From: a bacterium
GTDB lineage: Bacteria; SAR324; NAC60-12
Direction of reading: 5' to 3'
Assembly (NCBI GenBank): GCA_965209155.1
Contig: OZ242383.1
Span: 2,272,001-2,336,000, forward strand
DNA: 64,000 nucleotides
The notes beneath the pieces were generated by a model. It saw nothing but the letters and a program-made list of their open reading frames with translations. It was not told the origin of the DNA and did not search any database. Both the position numbers and the translations under genes were made by a program. This document shows positions 63,436 to 64,000 of this stretch, one piece after another (within the stretch, counting starts at the first letter, position 1; every line of letters begins with the position of its first letter).

Positions 63436-64000
63436 TCAGAACCGATCCGGTATATCCAGCTCACTGGTGATTCTGTGGAACCATTCAATAACCTCGGGGT
63501 GATACGGGATTCCTTTCTCCGTTCTCGAAATTTCTTCCTCGTGCGCCTGCAAGCCGGCATAGACCACCCGGTCCTCTCCCGGAGCAGTCGGCGTTTCTCG
63601 TAGACTCCGGAGGTAGCTATCCATTTCCTGCTTGAACGAATTGACGTCGCCAAAAGCACTGACGTTGTAAGCAAGAAAGTGGTGAGATGGATCCTTACGT
63701 CGGAAGGGTCCAGCGCCATCGCCTCCCAAGACCCCACATAGAATTTCGATCATCATTGCCAGCGAATAGCCTTTATGGGATCCGATCTCACGGGTTCCCC
63801 CGAGTGGAAGAAACTGCCATTCTTCTGGAATTGGACCTTCCTTCATGATCGGGGTGCCGTCTTTCTCTGCGATCCAACCGGGTAAAACATCCACCCCGAG
63901 GCGTTTGACCAGACCGATCTTGTTCCCTGCCACGGAACTCATGGTGGCGTCAAAAAGGAAAGGGGGCTCTTGATTTGCCGGTACTGCGACTGCCAGGGGA
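63436..64000 (-). CDS. Ldh_2 family oxidoreductase, partial at window end
   Basis: FDATMS.VA..KI, LPLGG....SHKGY.LA..IE.L. Confidence 0.85.
   Translation of the reverse strand, partial: PLAVAVPANQEPPFLFDATMSSVAGNKIGLVKRLGVDVLPGWIAEKDGTPIMKEGPIPEEWQFLPLGGTREIGSHKGYSLAMMIEILCGVLGGDGAGPFRRKDPSHHFLAYNVSAFGDVNSFKQEMDSYLRSLRETPTAPGEDRVVYAGLQAHEEEISRTEKGIPYHPEVIEWFHRITSELDIPDRF

Overview
Bacterial window, probably from a deltaproteobacterial or SAR324-like genome (inferred from gene style, not proven). Roughly 0.7-55.6 kb is an accessory region dense in insertion sequences (IS) and heavily eroded; a housekeeping block follows (cobQ, HD protein, engB, NtrY-like kinase, folC, Ldh_2). Cargo: three paralogous family-5 ABC importer clusters without ATPases, catabolic oxidoreductases, an aceE/mdeB-type E1 with an Lrp regulator, an IS-split ~2080-aa pseudokinase/AAA/GAF/PAS/sigma54 activator, an FG-GAP protein and attC-bounded cassettes. 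Mobile DNA includes IS110/IS1111 (x2), ISKra4-like (x2), IS1380, IS66 (full plus mini), several 5'-truncated IS91/ISCR-like copies and an IS200-like relic. Main result: the intact IS110 (29230-30632) has a downstream non-coding region with four short segments matching, in bridge-RNA order, its own insertion target (a TGTCATTCTGAG repeat) and its circle junction, so an RNA-guided recombinase program can be read from the sequence. Also notable: a four-level nested IS stack whose IS110 sits in the ISCR ori end, and a conserved structured RNA candidate in the IS66 end.
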